From Phoronis australis (Eukaryota; Animalia; Phoronida), in NCBI GenBank assembly GCA_002633005.1, contig NMRA01000539.1, positions 62,001 through 126,000 of the forward strand: DNA of 64,000 bases, written 5' to 3'. Shown piece after piece: positions 28,081-41,100 of the stretch (its first letter is position 1; each line of letters starts with the position of its first letter). The position numbers and the translations under genes are program-made. Below the pieces are notes generated by a model. The model was not told where the DNA came from. It made no database searches and worked only from the letters and a program-made list of their open reading frames with translations.

Positions 28081-28367
28081 TTAAGGGTACTTTATGGACA
28101 TGGTCAAAAATTTTTCTTCAGTGATATAGCCTTATATGAAGTTTTTTATGAAAGTGATATTGAGCACCCCATACCAAAAATGGCCAACTTTGAAGCGCTC
28201 TAAAATATCAAGAATTGAGTGGTGTATTATGTCAAAAATAACAGTTCAGCTCAATTCTGACCACAGCATAACCATAAAAAACGAGAAGTGCTAAATGTGA
28301 AACGTTCGAAACGGGGTGTCCCAAGGTAATAGTTGTATTACTTATACAGTGCTCAATATACCTTTAA
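28081..28367. mobile_element. Kolobok-like MITE
   Basis: TTAAGGGTACTTTATGGACA ... GTGCTCAATATACCTTTAA: TTAA-bounded imperfect inverted ends. Confidence 0.4.
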
Positions 28368-31089
28368 GCATTTTATTCTTAGCAGTAAGTTTGAATTAGT
28401 TCAATATGCTCCTTTTGTACATTGAATGTTAATTATAATACTTTTATTCAAACAAAATTAAAATGCTTTGATGCACCCTGTCAAAATTATTTTACTATCG
28501 ACTGTGCCCGTAATGGCGTGGTCTTCCCATCCGTGTGTTTGTTCTGTCTTCGTGCACCATGACTTAAATAAACACTGGAACGTATTTGGTTTTCTTTTCT
28601 AGCATTACACCTTTGACGCATCTTGGCAAATCCACTGGTCATTCACAAATGCTAATACTGAATACTTGTGTGTTGAACAGAATCCCTGCTGATGACAACA
28701 GTCCACTTGGTGTTAGATGAAGTTGCTATAAGCTCACATTTTATCAAAAGCTAACTTCTCACAGCACATACAACATAGGGTCTTGGCTTGTTCCATACAC
28801 AAATTAGAAACGGTTTCTGGGCTTGGAAATAAATAATGCAAGTTTCTTATTTAGTGAGACCAGTCACAATACGTTGGCTTATCACAACCAGTCTATGCAC
28901 AGAGTGTGGTCTCTGGCTATAACGAGCCCAGAAATGAACTCATCTGAACGAGGACCTAAATGAGAACAATTTTATAAGTGGTCTAGACAGAACTGAAGAA
29001 CATTTTTAAAAAAAAGTCTTGCAGCGGAGTCCATGGAAGCAGGAGATAGGTCCATGTCATAATCGAATGAGTTACGACTCAAAGTACAACTTACAGACCA
29101 CTAGACGCTTTCCAAACTTAAATGTACCTTGTTCGTACCAAAGAGATTGTAAGTTTCAAAACTAATTTATAAGTTATAACTCTCAGTCTAAACACTTAAA
29201 AATTGTAACTGAAGCGGGGTTATAACCCCTACAAGGGTGGTTTAGTGAGAGACGACCTAATAGCACTGGAGCTAGAGTGAACTCACGGGCCACGGATTAC
29301 TTTCTTATTGTTCCAAGGCACGTTTTGTTTTAGTTTGACATAAAGGCATACAAAAAACTTCATCCTGTATATTGAAGACATGCAATTAACAGTTAAGAAT
29401 TGCGCTTTGATAACATAACAGTGATATGTACTACAATAAATTGGCAATAAGCTCGCGTAACTAATTTTGATAAACATGTAAACCACCTGGTGCTCACATG
29501 TAAACCACCTATTGCCATAAAACTGGTCTGAACTTGTTAATTACTCAGATGTGAAGTGATTTTTGATCTTGCAGAGAACCAACAGTTCATAATTGCCGGA
29601 AACCTGTGTCTGGCAAATAGATTGATAGTCTACTGAGCCAATCTGTTATTACAATATGATCAGCTAGACTGCATAATAAAAGCTAAGAGACAAACAGAAG
29701 GATTTGGGAGCTGCTTGTATGGAAGTCACCTTTAAAAGATGTATTTGCATGCTCCTAACTATGCTAATGTATAGCAGGAACTAAACGACAATGCTATTTG
29801 AACATCATCTATGCTAAACTAAGTGCAGTTTGTATTCATCGACAACTTGTAAATACGAAATAAAAAAATCTGCAAATAGGTGACCTTTGCAATAATGATG
29901 TACCTCGCTGGCTCACATAGCCTGCATCATGCAGTGTTATTCCCCAGCAGCATGTCGTGATACTTACTGGACACGGTTCAGTGACTTGCAGCAAACCATT
30001 TTCGCACAAAACTTGTTCTTTAAACATTTATTTGACAATTTTCAACCTACTTCATATTCATATCATTGAAAAATTAGCCAAACAATCACAGAGATACGGA
30101 ATTAGCGTGCAAGTTCCACTTTAACAGTACTATAACGAATAACATTGCACAAGCTAAAATTGCTAAAATATAAACATTAAGATGAACAATTTGGACTTCA
30201 GAACAAGTATACATTAAATGTAAAGTCTACTTGCATTGATTAATTTTTACAAAATTGGTAAAAAGCAACGATAAGCCAGTCAGCAGTCAATTGCGAGGTT
30301 TTGAAAACAAATGTGAAATGGCAGACACAATAAGATCAGCAAGTTAGTGTCATGTGACAGTGAAAAATTCATGCTGCGGTCAAACTGTACATAGCAATAA
30401 CAAACTATTAGTTCTTTCTGGGTCCAGACACTGCATCTATATTTAAGGATAAACTCGAGACGAATTTCATAATGGAAAGTGGCCTGTCAAACATAAGTTG
30501 GTTTTTTGTGGCAGAAGCTGTTTTACTGTTGAAAATAACCTACATTCGGACTACACGTACATATTTATGTTTACAACACAAGTAACAAGCATGACATATA
30601 TGTGAGGATTTACACGCGTCATAAAATACGCCCTGCGGCACTCCCCCAAGGCCATACAGCCCAAAATAAGACTAAATAGTTTCCAGGATAGTGGCTATAA
30701 TGGCCTCCCACAGTTCAATTCCTTGGTCACTCCCAGTGTAAAGCCAACTCTACTCAAGTGCAGTTCACAGTAACATGTTATAACTAAACGTAACATTAGA
30801 TTTTCATAATTTTAACCGATTGCTGAAGGTGTAATTTTTGCCAGTAGTCAGAGCTGCTATAACGCGACTTTTGTTGGATATTACGGTTCTCAGAAGACCT
30901 CTCACAGTTGTGATATTGCTCTCAACTTGTTCCTTACTATTAAGGTTTCTAAGCACAAGGTCTATACTCTATTCTCTGTACGTGAAACTAGACTCAAAAT
31001 TGGACCAATTGCGCATTATGCTTACAAGAGCAATGTGGAGCGTTGAAATGCATCCACGAATGCACCGCAAATGGTGTGCTTCTAAGGTT

Positions 31090-31910
31090 GTTTATTTGCA
31101 TCATAAAAATGCCCACTAGATGGCACAAAATGCCAAATCCATTTGGAAACGGGAACATGCCATCGCTTCTTTAATAGAAAGCTATTCAACAAATTTCATA
31201 AAAATCTGTCCACGAACTTCAGAGAAACAAAGGAAAACAGGAAAAAATGAAATTCCCACTAGGGTGCACAACATTCGTTGGATATGCCTGAAAGTTGTCT
31301 GTTGTTCGCTTCATATAAATACACTAATAATATTAAATTTAATAAAGATCCTGCAGTGGGTTTAGGAGATACAGCCATGGGCGCAAAACAAAACTATCAC
31401 TAGGAGGCACCACAGAAGTCAAAGTCATTATCAATTGTCTTCTTCACACTTAGGAAGGAAATATACGCTAATTTTCAAAATCATCCTTATTAATGGTTTG
31501 GTTGATAGAGGGGTGGAGGCCAAGAAACAGACTCGAAAACAGTAAAAATGGCCACTAAGTGGTACAAGCTACGTCGAATCCATCCGAAAATGGGAGGATA
31601 GGTCACCTGACTAATAGATGCCTATATGCCAAATTTTATGAAAATATGTTGAGGACCTTTGACGGTACAGAGGTAAACGTATAAAACTAAAATTGTCACT
31701 AGGGGGCACACCAACAGTCAGATCCGTCCGAAAGTTCGCTGATGCAATCCAATCCATGAAAGAAACAAAATTTCATGAACAAACGTCAAAGGGTTTTGGA
31801 GATACAGCAGTGGAAGCCGGAAGGATGCCAAATGGACACCGGCAGGACGGACAGATTGATGGAGATGACGGCATAATGCATCCAATTATAAATATGTGGA
31901 TGCATAATAT
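31090..31910. repeat. Degenerate tandem array (about 150-bp unit), probably a non-autonomous element
   Basis: Motif CACTAG(A/G)xGGCAC recurs at 31094, 31257, 31398, 31553 and 31697, with recurring AAATTTCAT and GGAGATACAGC and a GGAC-rich end. Confidence 0.55.
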
Positions 31911-32339
31911 GTGAAGAATGACAGCACAACAGTTGAATACCTGGGTTTGGGTCTGCAGTTTTGTAGTAGTAAGTGACCCAAATCAGTTTGTTGAAGGAAG
32001 GAGGATTCCTTTGAGTAAGGAGACGGAAATTGGCTGAATACAGTGGCCTGCACTTCAAGTGTTGCAAATGCACATCAGACCTACATCCAGTTTTACCAGC
32101 AGATAATGTGACAAAACCAGACACTACAACGATACATTCATCAAATCTGAAAGCAATAAACTGATACCGAATCTTTACATTCGAACTTAAAAATTACAAA
32201 CTGCAGGTGTAATTTTCCACAAGGAAATCAAACAGTGTTTCCAGACCTGATAAATGATTTATTAGTCTCTACCTTGTGCAGATCATGCTACAGTGAAATG
32301 CACACTGACAGAAATAATTCCTCAAATGAGGGCAGTCCT

Positions 32340-32870
32340 TTCAAAATCGTAGGACCCTAAAAAAATTCCAAACTTGGCCAATTTCAGAACATCGTATCTC
32401 AGAAATGGCCGATCGGATTCATGTGAAACTTTTAGATACTTTGCTTTGTGTACTGTTTTCCAGTACGCTGGTAAGAACTGTTTTTGAAATGTTCAAATTT
32501 TGCATGAAAGCTATTAAAAATAGGACTGTCACGCTTTTCATGAAAAAATTCAAAGTTATATAAAACAAAAACAAATGTTAAAAGAAAACCACAACAGGAT
32601 TTTTGAGATTTCTTCACGAATATTTATGTCAAATGAAACTTGGTCATAATATTGAAACTGGTGTTTTTCTGTCAATGCACTTTTCTTCTTGCTAAATTTT
32701 ACCTGAGACACGGTCATGTAATTCAATGAATGACACATTGTTAAAACGTATATAATCTAAAATTCTGTAAGATCTGTCTTTATACATACTTTACTGAGTT
32801 AAAATCTATAATTTTGTAAATATATACCTATACCTTTGCATAATGACCTACATAAACTTAACCTTTAAGT
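32340..32870 (+). repeat. Dispersed repeat, copy A
   Basis: Blocks GATCG.ATTCAT..GAAACTTT.AGATAC, AATAGGACT, TTCTTGCTAAATTTT and GAGTT.AAATC...TTTGTAAATA are shared in the same order with 43640-44110; ends in CCTTTAA. Confidence 0.55.
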
Positions 32871-33029
32871 AAACTACCAAGCACATGCTTAAATGAACCT
32901 GGCACTTTAAGTGTTAACTACAAGACTTGAGAAAAGAGCAGTACCTTGTGCAAGTATTTCCAGAACTTTAGTTACATTAAGCTAGTAGTTTTTAATCATT
33001 AATAGTCAGTCATGTTCCAAAATTAGGAA

Positions 33030-33431
33030 CATGGGGCCCACTCCAACAAAACTGACTTTTAATAGCCAAGACCAGTGCTGTAGAGGTAAAATTAGAGGCA
33101 AGTAGGCACCCAAAGCCCACCGAATCACTTCGGGCATTGAACATAACTTACGGTGTGTAGGCGCTACGTTCAAATGCCAAAAGGTGGTTGGATGTACCTA
33201 CGTGCACCTACGCCCCACTACAATACTGGCCAAGAAAAAATTTAAGTTTTAGTAAATTTTAAAATGAAAGTTAAATTTGTCTCCAGACAGTTTCAAGAAA
33301 GAGATCTTAGGTTCAGCTATTTAAATAAGTGTAAGTTTTGTATTAACTTTGACTGTCTTGCCGGATGTGGAAGTTTCAAACCTTGGAAGTTTAGACAAAT
33401 CTTAGACTTAGTTTCTTGGAATGGCCCCATG
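33030..33431. mobile_element. MITE family copy 2, interrupted by a nested element
   Basis: CATGGGGCCCACTCCAACAAAACTGAC ... GTTTCTTGGAATGGCCCCATG; homologous to 26368-26617. Confidence 0.6.
33073..33228. mobile_element. Nested 156-bp hAT-like MITE
   Basis: TIRs CAGTGCTGTAG and CTACAATACTG; 8-bp TSD GCCAAGAC / GCCAAGAA. Confidence 0.65.
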
Positions 33432-33837
33432 CACTCCAATTTTCAAAACAATTAAAGCCACATTTTGCTCAATTCAGCTGTCACATGACCAAAGAGCAAA
33501 AACCAATAGCTGATCAGCAACATCATCATGGCAAATTCACATTGGTGTGTCATGTTACTGACCTATTTTTGAAAGGAAGTCCATGCGTGAAAATTTTTTT
33601 GAATTTTAGCGTTGGCCAACCTCAATAAGATAGGCAATTTTCCAGAACATTTTTCTTTTTTTTTTGTTCTTCTTGGTAACAGAAAACAAGTCCGTTCATG
33701 GTAAGGAAGATTTTGAAAGTGAATAGTACGAGTAAAAGGCTAAATTTGATTTTCTGTTTTTGGCAAGCTAAACAGGGCAAGATGTAGCTTCTACTTATCC
33801 AAGTAAGTTTAATATGCTTTAACGGTGTTACGTGATC

Positions 33838-36800
33838 TTAGCTGGGGTGAGTATTACCAGGATGTTTAGACTTCATGTGCCAGTTGAGTGCCGCTTTTTG
33901 ACGACACTGATAACCGCATAGATAACACACGATTGGCTTGTAGCCCGTGTGAATTCTCGTGTGCACCTCCAACGCGTATGACGTATTAAACCGTTTATCA
34001 CATCCCTCCCACTGGCAGGCATGGATGCGGTGGTTCAAATGAACACATGACACGTGAAGACTCAACAGCGTGCTGCGCCCAGCGGTGTACGTACACCCTT
34101 CATATGTGCACTTGTGTAGTTTCTTCTCCCGTTTCGGTCGAACAAGCGCACTCGGCTGATGTTTCCTCATGTGGGTGAGGAGACCCGGTTTGGTGTAGAA
34201 TTCACCACAAACCTCACAACCCACCAACTTCCCGATCTCGGCGTGCAGTATGTGGTTCTTCATTTGCTTCAAAGCTTTAGAAACACTCCCACAAGCTTTA
34301 CATCTGTACTTCATTACCGTCCCCTCACTGTCACTTGGTGGAAGGTAAGTAGTTGATTCCACACTCTCAATTCTTTTCTTACTTTTTGAAGTTTCGTCGG
34401 TACTCTCTAGGACCACTTCGAGGTAAGGTTTAAACTTGATGTCACACAAAGACTTCTTCCTGTCATTCAGAACAAATCTCTCAGTTTTACTCACATAAGT
34501 AGACCGAGCTTTCCTCGGTTTCCGTGATCTCTTCACCGCACGTCGCTGCGATTGCTTCTTAATCCCAAGTTTCTTAGCCACAGTGCTAGATGTACCAGAT
34601 GCACGGTCAACACTTCTCTCAGGATGTTCACTCAGGCTTTCATCCTCAGACTGCTCCACAACACCTTCGATCTTCTCTTCCCCAACTACAACCCTCTCGA
34701 AATCCTCATCAGAATAATCGTCTGATAACTGATAATCTTCATCAGAAGTATCGTCCAAGGATCCAGTCTCGTATTCGTCATAACCTTCGCCATCAGATTG
34801 TTCTTCCATCCACACTTCTGTTTTGACTTTCATTCTCTTGCTCTCCTCATCATCTCCGCCACCATGCACCTCCATTGCTGACTCTGCACTATTTTCCAGG
34901 CCACAAACATCACCCTCTGAGTTAGCTGGTTGATTTTCACCTTCCACATCCATTTCGGCTTCCCTATTGGTTGACGCCCTATTGCACATAGCATCACCTG
35001 AAGAGGACCCTTCAAGATACCCCAGCTGCTTACCTTCAACTTCCCGAAGAGATTCCTGTACTGCAGTAGCCTCAGGAAATACTATTTCACCAGTAACAGC
35101 ACCTCTGCTTGAATCCTCTTCTCCACCAAAGGCATTGATTTCAGTGGAGCCAGACCTCCCACTCGCCAACAATTTTCTGCCAGTTACTTTGCAGTTGGAA
35201 GAGTCTAGTAGGCCATTTCCAGAAGGAAACTTCGACTCCTGTTTGTCTCCCATTGATTCCTGGACTACAGCAACTTGAGGAAAAGCTATTTCACCAGTAA
35301 CACGATTCCGTTCGGGATCCATTCCACAACTAGGATCAGAGGATGTGTTTGTACGGTTGTCTGTATCACCTCCTTTACTACGACAAGCCAACAATTCATT
35401 GTTTGTCCTTTCATTGCCAGAGGAGCGATCAATAGGACTCCTTAAGCAAAAAGATTTTAAATCCTGCTTTCTTCGACTAGTTTTTACAACTGCAGTAGCT
35501 TCAGGAAAAACAATTTCACCCGAAGCAAACCCTTTGGTCAACTCATTTCTGCCACTTGAACGCATCGGTGAATGTTCAACTTGTACATTTTCTGAAGTTG
35601 TCAAACTAACACCCTTCATGAAACAACCTTCACTGCGTCCTCTAAGTTTAGTATTGGACTCTTGTTCCACTCTTGGGATAATTCTGGGACTAATCCGACC
35701 ACCCACTGATTTAGACAATTGAACGTCCCTTTGGTCGTCACTGGCAACATACGGTTCATTTTCACACGACAGGAAAAGGTCAAGATCAGCTCCATCTTCT
35801 GGCTGGATGAGGATTTTTGGCCGGATTGACGTTGAAAATACAATGTTCGAACACTTGTTACAGTTCTTGACAGCATAATAACTGAAATATAAATAAAACG
35901 TATAAACAAGAGCAAAATCTTACAAAAACAGTGTAGTACTAACACACAACTGAAACATGTATAGCAAGAATGCACCAATTTCAGACGAAATAATTGCGAA
36001 AATAGACCTATTCATTTTTCAATAATGGCTTGTGACAGTGCCAACATTTGTTTTCCAAACTACACTCTGACAGTGGCTAATGTGCACAACTTGAACACAG
36101 ATAGGCATTCAGTTACCTTATGTGGATACGAATGATGTCCACAATATCATATCCTAAACTGGTTAAATTTTACCAAAGTTGTTTTTATCTAAACCATTAT
36201 TACAAATTTAAAACAACAGTTTTGTAATGTAAATCACTCATTCGTGGCATTGAAATATTGACATTTATGTTCATTACAGCAAGTTTTAAAACTCTTACAG
36301 GAAATAAATGCATGCCTTTTGTTGAAGAACTAACTTGCCAGTCAAGCCACTTGTCATAAGTTATAAAATCAGTCTAATTGTGTTTTTACCCGGGGAGTAC
36401 TCTCATATGATAGAAGATTTACATGCAACATGGGGCTCAGAAGGGAGACTTTCATGACCAGCTTCATAAAACAGGGTGTCATTCCTGATAAAATTACATC
36501 AGAACTCCTTTTCAGACAAAATTCCCAACAAAAGAGTTCTCTTTGGAAGTTTGGAACTCTACAAGGATTCTTTTCCAACTATTATTTCAAGTTTAACAGA
36601 ATGTGAACTTTGCTACCCAATAATCCCTCCGAAAGCTTAAAGTTCATGGAATAAAAGCCTCAACAGAAGAATGCCAGTATATCTGGAACAAAATCTCAAG
36701 AAAGGGTCAGTTTCTCAAGGACACTACCAACAGATGGAGCCTCCAATTTACTAAATGGGTAGGCATCTCAATTTTCCACCCACATTCCTATTCAAATTAA

Positions 36801-37930
36801 AGAGTACCCAGTGTTCCCTACGACCTGTTTTCAATGTGTCATCACTAAACGTTTGCCAACACTCTTAACAAGTTTAAATGACCTGTTTGAAGAATAGTTA
36901 TCAACATGGATGAAAGGTGTCACCATTGCTAACAATGTCTTTACTGCTTTGAACCAAGTTTAACAACGAGCCATTTATGTTTAAGTACATCAGGTAACTA
37001 GTTACATGTGCTCTTAAGGTAGACATTAGTGGAACTGCAAGTACATTTGGACTACACTGAACATCAGCCACTGTGTGCTTCCAGCTCGTTTGTTGACAAC
37101 TTGGAATATGCGCACTTCATTTTCAGTTGTGGAGAACAATGCTACAGTACTCAGATAAGAAAATACTTCTAGGCTTGAGTAGAATCAGCAGCCTATTATT
37201 GTTTCAGACCAGATCCACCAACTTGCTTGTCATGGTTGGTAAGTTTCGGCTGCCAAGACCCCAATGCAATTTGGCTAAGATGGAATTTCCAGTGTACTAG
37301 TAGCCAGCTCACCTACTCAAGATAATCAAAATTCCAGAGCAACTCATAACATAGGTGGCGCACTGTAGGGGGCTGGGGGGGGGCTATAGGCCCCCCCACT
37401 TATTTCAGTGCTACGCCGCCCATGCATAAGTCTTTGTTTAGTGGAAGATGTGATATTACACACATACACTTTTAAAAAGCTGACTGCAGTATGATAACAG
37501 TTGCCTAATGAATCGAGACTTTTTCGCTCTTTTGATGGATAAGCTTTTGACTTAAAGCAGTCAGTGATAATTATTGGTTCACTTTATGTCCCTAAGGTAC
37601 ACCAAGTTTCCATCATGGCCATTTTGTGTTACACAGTATGCATGTTAGCGGATTTCCCAACAACCTATTGCACGCAATTTGAATACAAGATTATAATGCA
37701 ATGATGCTGCCATTTGGAAGAGCAACTATGCCCCAAAAAAACGCAAGTGTTGCACAATACACATACCAATCTAGTAATAAGCAAGCCACTATTTTGTCTC
37801 TGTCATCGCCCTTGCTTAAATTCGGAACATGAATACTATCCTTTAAATCGTCTTTCAGCAAATTCCATCGCTTAATTTGATTTCCAATACAGATTGTCTC
37901 AGAAAATCGTTTGGGTCTCTGTCTTTCCAT
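33838..37930 (-). CDS. C2H2 zinc-finger protein of the ZFP91/ZNF653/ZNF692/ZNF276 family, 735 aa, 2 coding exons
   Basis: Exon 1 is 37930-37767 (ATG preceded by an in-frame TGA; donor TG|GTATGT, phase 2). Exon 2 is 35881-33838 (acceptor tttcag; extends the 626-aa ORF by 54 codons). Five C2H2 fingers; the last, HTGYKPIVCYLCGYQCRQKAALNWHMKSKH, matches the family finger HTGEKPLQCEICGFTCRQKASLNWHMKKH. The N-terminus ICIGNQIKRWNLLK...VACLLLDCY resembles ZNF692 IRLGGHMEQWCLLK...LAKFLLDRY. Acidic middle region. Confidence 0.88.
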
Positions 37931-38069
37931 ACTGGCACTGGTCAGTCAACCTTTATCATTGTCTACAACCCAACTTCTCCATACACAAACACACGAGTTT
38001 ACATTTCTTGGAGCACGGGATGATGCCAATCACCTTACACGAATGCAAAGGAAGAGGATGGCCAAATGA

Positions 38070-38120
38070 TGATGCAATATTGGCGAAAAATTAATACACG
38101 TGGTAAGGAAATCCAATGGT
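38070..38120 (-). promoter_or_regulatory. Proximal promoter motifs of the zinc-finger gene
   Basis: Cluster of E2F-like TTGGCGAAAA, E-box CACGTG and CCAAT 150-190 bp upstream of ATG 37930. Confidence 0.35.
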
Positions 38121-38199
38121 GCATTTCAAAAGCACCTCAGTCGGAGAAAGAATAACTTCAGTATCTGATCACGTCCGGTTGACGGAATGGAGTTCGAGA

Positions 38200-41100
38200 A
38201 GACGGTGACAAAGCAAAGCAGAAGCCATGTGTTCGTGGCTCTGCAAAATTAAGTTGCACGGATTTGTCTTGAGTATTCAAATACGAGGGCTTGTAAGTAA
38301 GTTTTCTAGGCCTGTGCACCACAGCAATATCCCACTGAGGGGTAATGAAACCTTGGCTTGAACGCTGTAAAAAGTCGAAGAATGTTGAATCGGAAGTTAT
38401 CTTCAGTGCCGCCTATTGGCGATTTAGCAAACTCTTGATGCTTGCTTCCTTTCTCAGCTGAGTGCTAGCAGCTGGCACCTATTGCATGCGCAAATGGCAA
38501 AAGCGTGCAAGTTTCAGCACCAAGAGACAAAATTAGTTTCTTGATGTGTCAGACTCTCCTCTCGTTTTAGTGCCAGGTCATGAATACTGGAAATTGTTGT
38601 GAAGTAGCATGGTAGCACAAAAGCAACAAGCCTGAGTCTCTATCGCCGATAGAGATGACTACTCAGGCGTCTGCGCAATGAGGGTAGTAGGAACTTGTGC
38701 TGCATTCTCTACTGCGGTTTCAACAATTAAAACATTAGTCTCACCTTGAGCTTGTACCACTGTGCAACCAAAATTTCGAGAAGAAGTGAATGAATCTTTG
38801 TTTGTTTTTGCTGGTTGCCAAAAATGTGAACTTTCTTCTTTCACTTGATCACTACATCACCAGTGAACTTCAGTTTCAACCACCCCACCCATGCAGTCTT
38901 CGAAAATGGGAGATATCTTTAGTTGATGGACCACCTCCACAACCATCAAAAACAACAGTAAGCTGCCGTATACTTGATGACGTAATCCACATAAGCTCTA
39001 CCAACTGACTGAAACTTTGCACCTCTAGGTATAGAATACATTGAAGGAGAGAACCTCTGTCGATTGCCGCATGCATCACCTTGTTTTCTGGAAATTGGTA
39101 ATCCTCAGGTAGGTCGTGCTCCACTCACTGGATCGGAGTGCATCAGCTCAGCCACTCTGGAAAGACCAGGTGTATCAAAAAGAGCGGGAGAATCAACACA
39201 CAACTCAAACTTCAAAAGGCTTAATAAACATTCATTGTTGTCTTTTGCAGCTGTCAGTAATCGCTGAAATAGCAGTTGTTGACCCACTTGTGTAAAGTCA
39301 TTATTGGCAACATGAACTAGTGGACTTGTCATTGCCACAACCTTGTCTTTCTTTCTGAATGTGAAGTCTTTCACACTCGACCCCTCTATACTGGACACGA
39401 GAATTGCCTTCCCCGCTTCTCTGGCATTTTCGGCATTGACGCGTTTGCATGCCGTCGCAACACTGTCGATGTCCTGTAATCCCCTTCAAATGGGTTTCTG
39501 TTGTGGAAGAATTCAACAAGGCTGAGGATGTCTTTGTCATCTCGCGACTGTTTTGCCAGGGTACATTCTTTATGCTGCTCACTTGTTTCGCAACTCCAGT
39601 TTGTCATACTCTGCATTGCTCCATTTATACTTGAGCATGCATGCCGGCATGGAAAGCAGCAACAGTGCATGCTGCGTATCTCCCATCCCGCAACCTCTTG
39701 TTAAACCTCCTGATGATTTAATGGTTTTTATGAGCATTTGTTCAATTACAAGGTCAGATGACAAGCCTGCTCAGAATCTGTCACTTGGCGTTATGGCATG
39801 GTGGCCGTTATAATAAAGGTGCTGTAGACGTCTGGATAGGTGTGTTTGAGTTGGTGCATCTTCTGCAAGTATATGTATGGAGAGTTTGCATATGAGATGT
39901 AACCAGCAGCTGCAATTCAGTAAACTACGGCAGCATATTAGAAACTACTTTTAGGTGAAGTTCCCAATCTGACGTTATTTCTGCTTTTAGAAAAAGTCGA
40001 AGGATTTCATCCATTTTCATTTACTATAGCCAGAGACTGCTGGTTCGACTTTGCAAAGACTTGTCTGATTTATGTGCTTCGTTTTTTATGGATTCCTAAA
40101 AGTCACTCCGACAAGCATATATCGCTGCACATAGACGTTATGCCAGCAATAAGGTCATCATACAGCTTCAGACCAGCTTTCAGATCATCATCAAGTATTT
40201 CAAAGGCCATTCATTCTTCTGACAAACCATTCTGTCACTGCAAATTCTGAAGACCTATACTCTGATTTACCCATGTTTGAATATAGCAGTTGCAGTATGT
40301 CGGAAGCCAGAAGTGAATTCTCGTGAGTGTTTTCCACTGTAATCCAAGGTTCAGAATCGGAAGACACTGCGTGTGCATTGCATGGCCCAGTGTATACATC
40401 TATAGTTACGTGTTCAGTTGAGATGTCTGAAGAATCTATCTCCATATATTCTGACGAGCCAACGTTTGTCTGCAAGCATTGTATTGCTCTACCTCTTGGC
40501 ACGGAATCTGTGTTCTGTGTTGGTGACATTAGGGACGCCTGGAATTTCTGAATTGGCGTTACTTGATCTGTCGCATACCGTGAATAATACGCTTACGAGG
40601 AAGTCACGCCTTTCTAAAGATATGCGGGAATTTTCACCGCTCGTCCTTCTGAGCGGCTTTTACCAGGATCAAAGAGAGCGCGGCGTCGAAGTCAGGTGCA
40701 GTTGTGATGACCGCATTTCCCGATGCGAGCAAGACCCAATTAAGTGTAATTTCCCGACCATAAACTGTATTAAACATCTCTGATTGTACATAATTTTCAA
40801 AATGCATTGAACTCTAATTTTCGTTAAAATCGAATACCACGTCGGTATTGAGCTGGAAAAAAATCAAGTACGGTTTTCTATTTTTAAAAAACGATGAACT
40901 AATAAACTAAAAACTACAACCACTGATACGATTGAAGATAAACTACCGCGTGTATTGATATACTCGGTGAATATACAAACGTTGATCAGAGTTAACAATA
41001 TCACATGGATTTATTTTTTAATATTATTTCAATCTCGTTTAATCAGATTTTAGACAAGGAAACAGTTGTACTTAACTTGTGCCCATTTTTCATTTTTTAT

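Noticed and set aside
34159-35722. Several + strand ORFs of 65-125 aa
   Set aside because: Antisense shadows of the zinc-finger coding exon.
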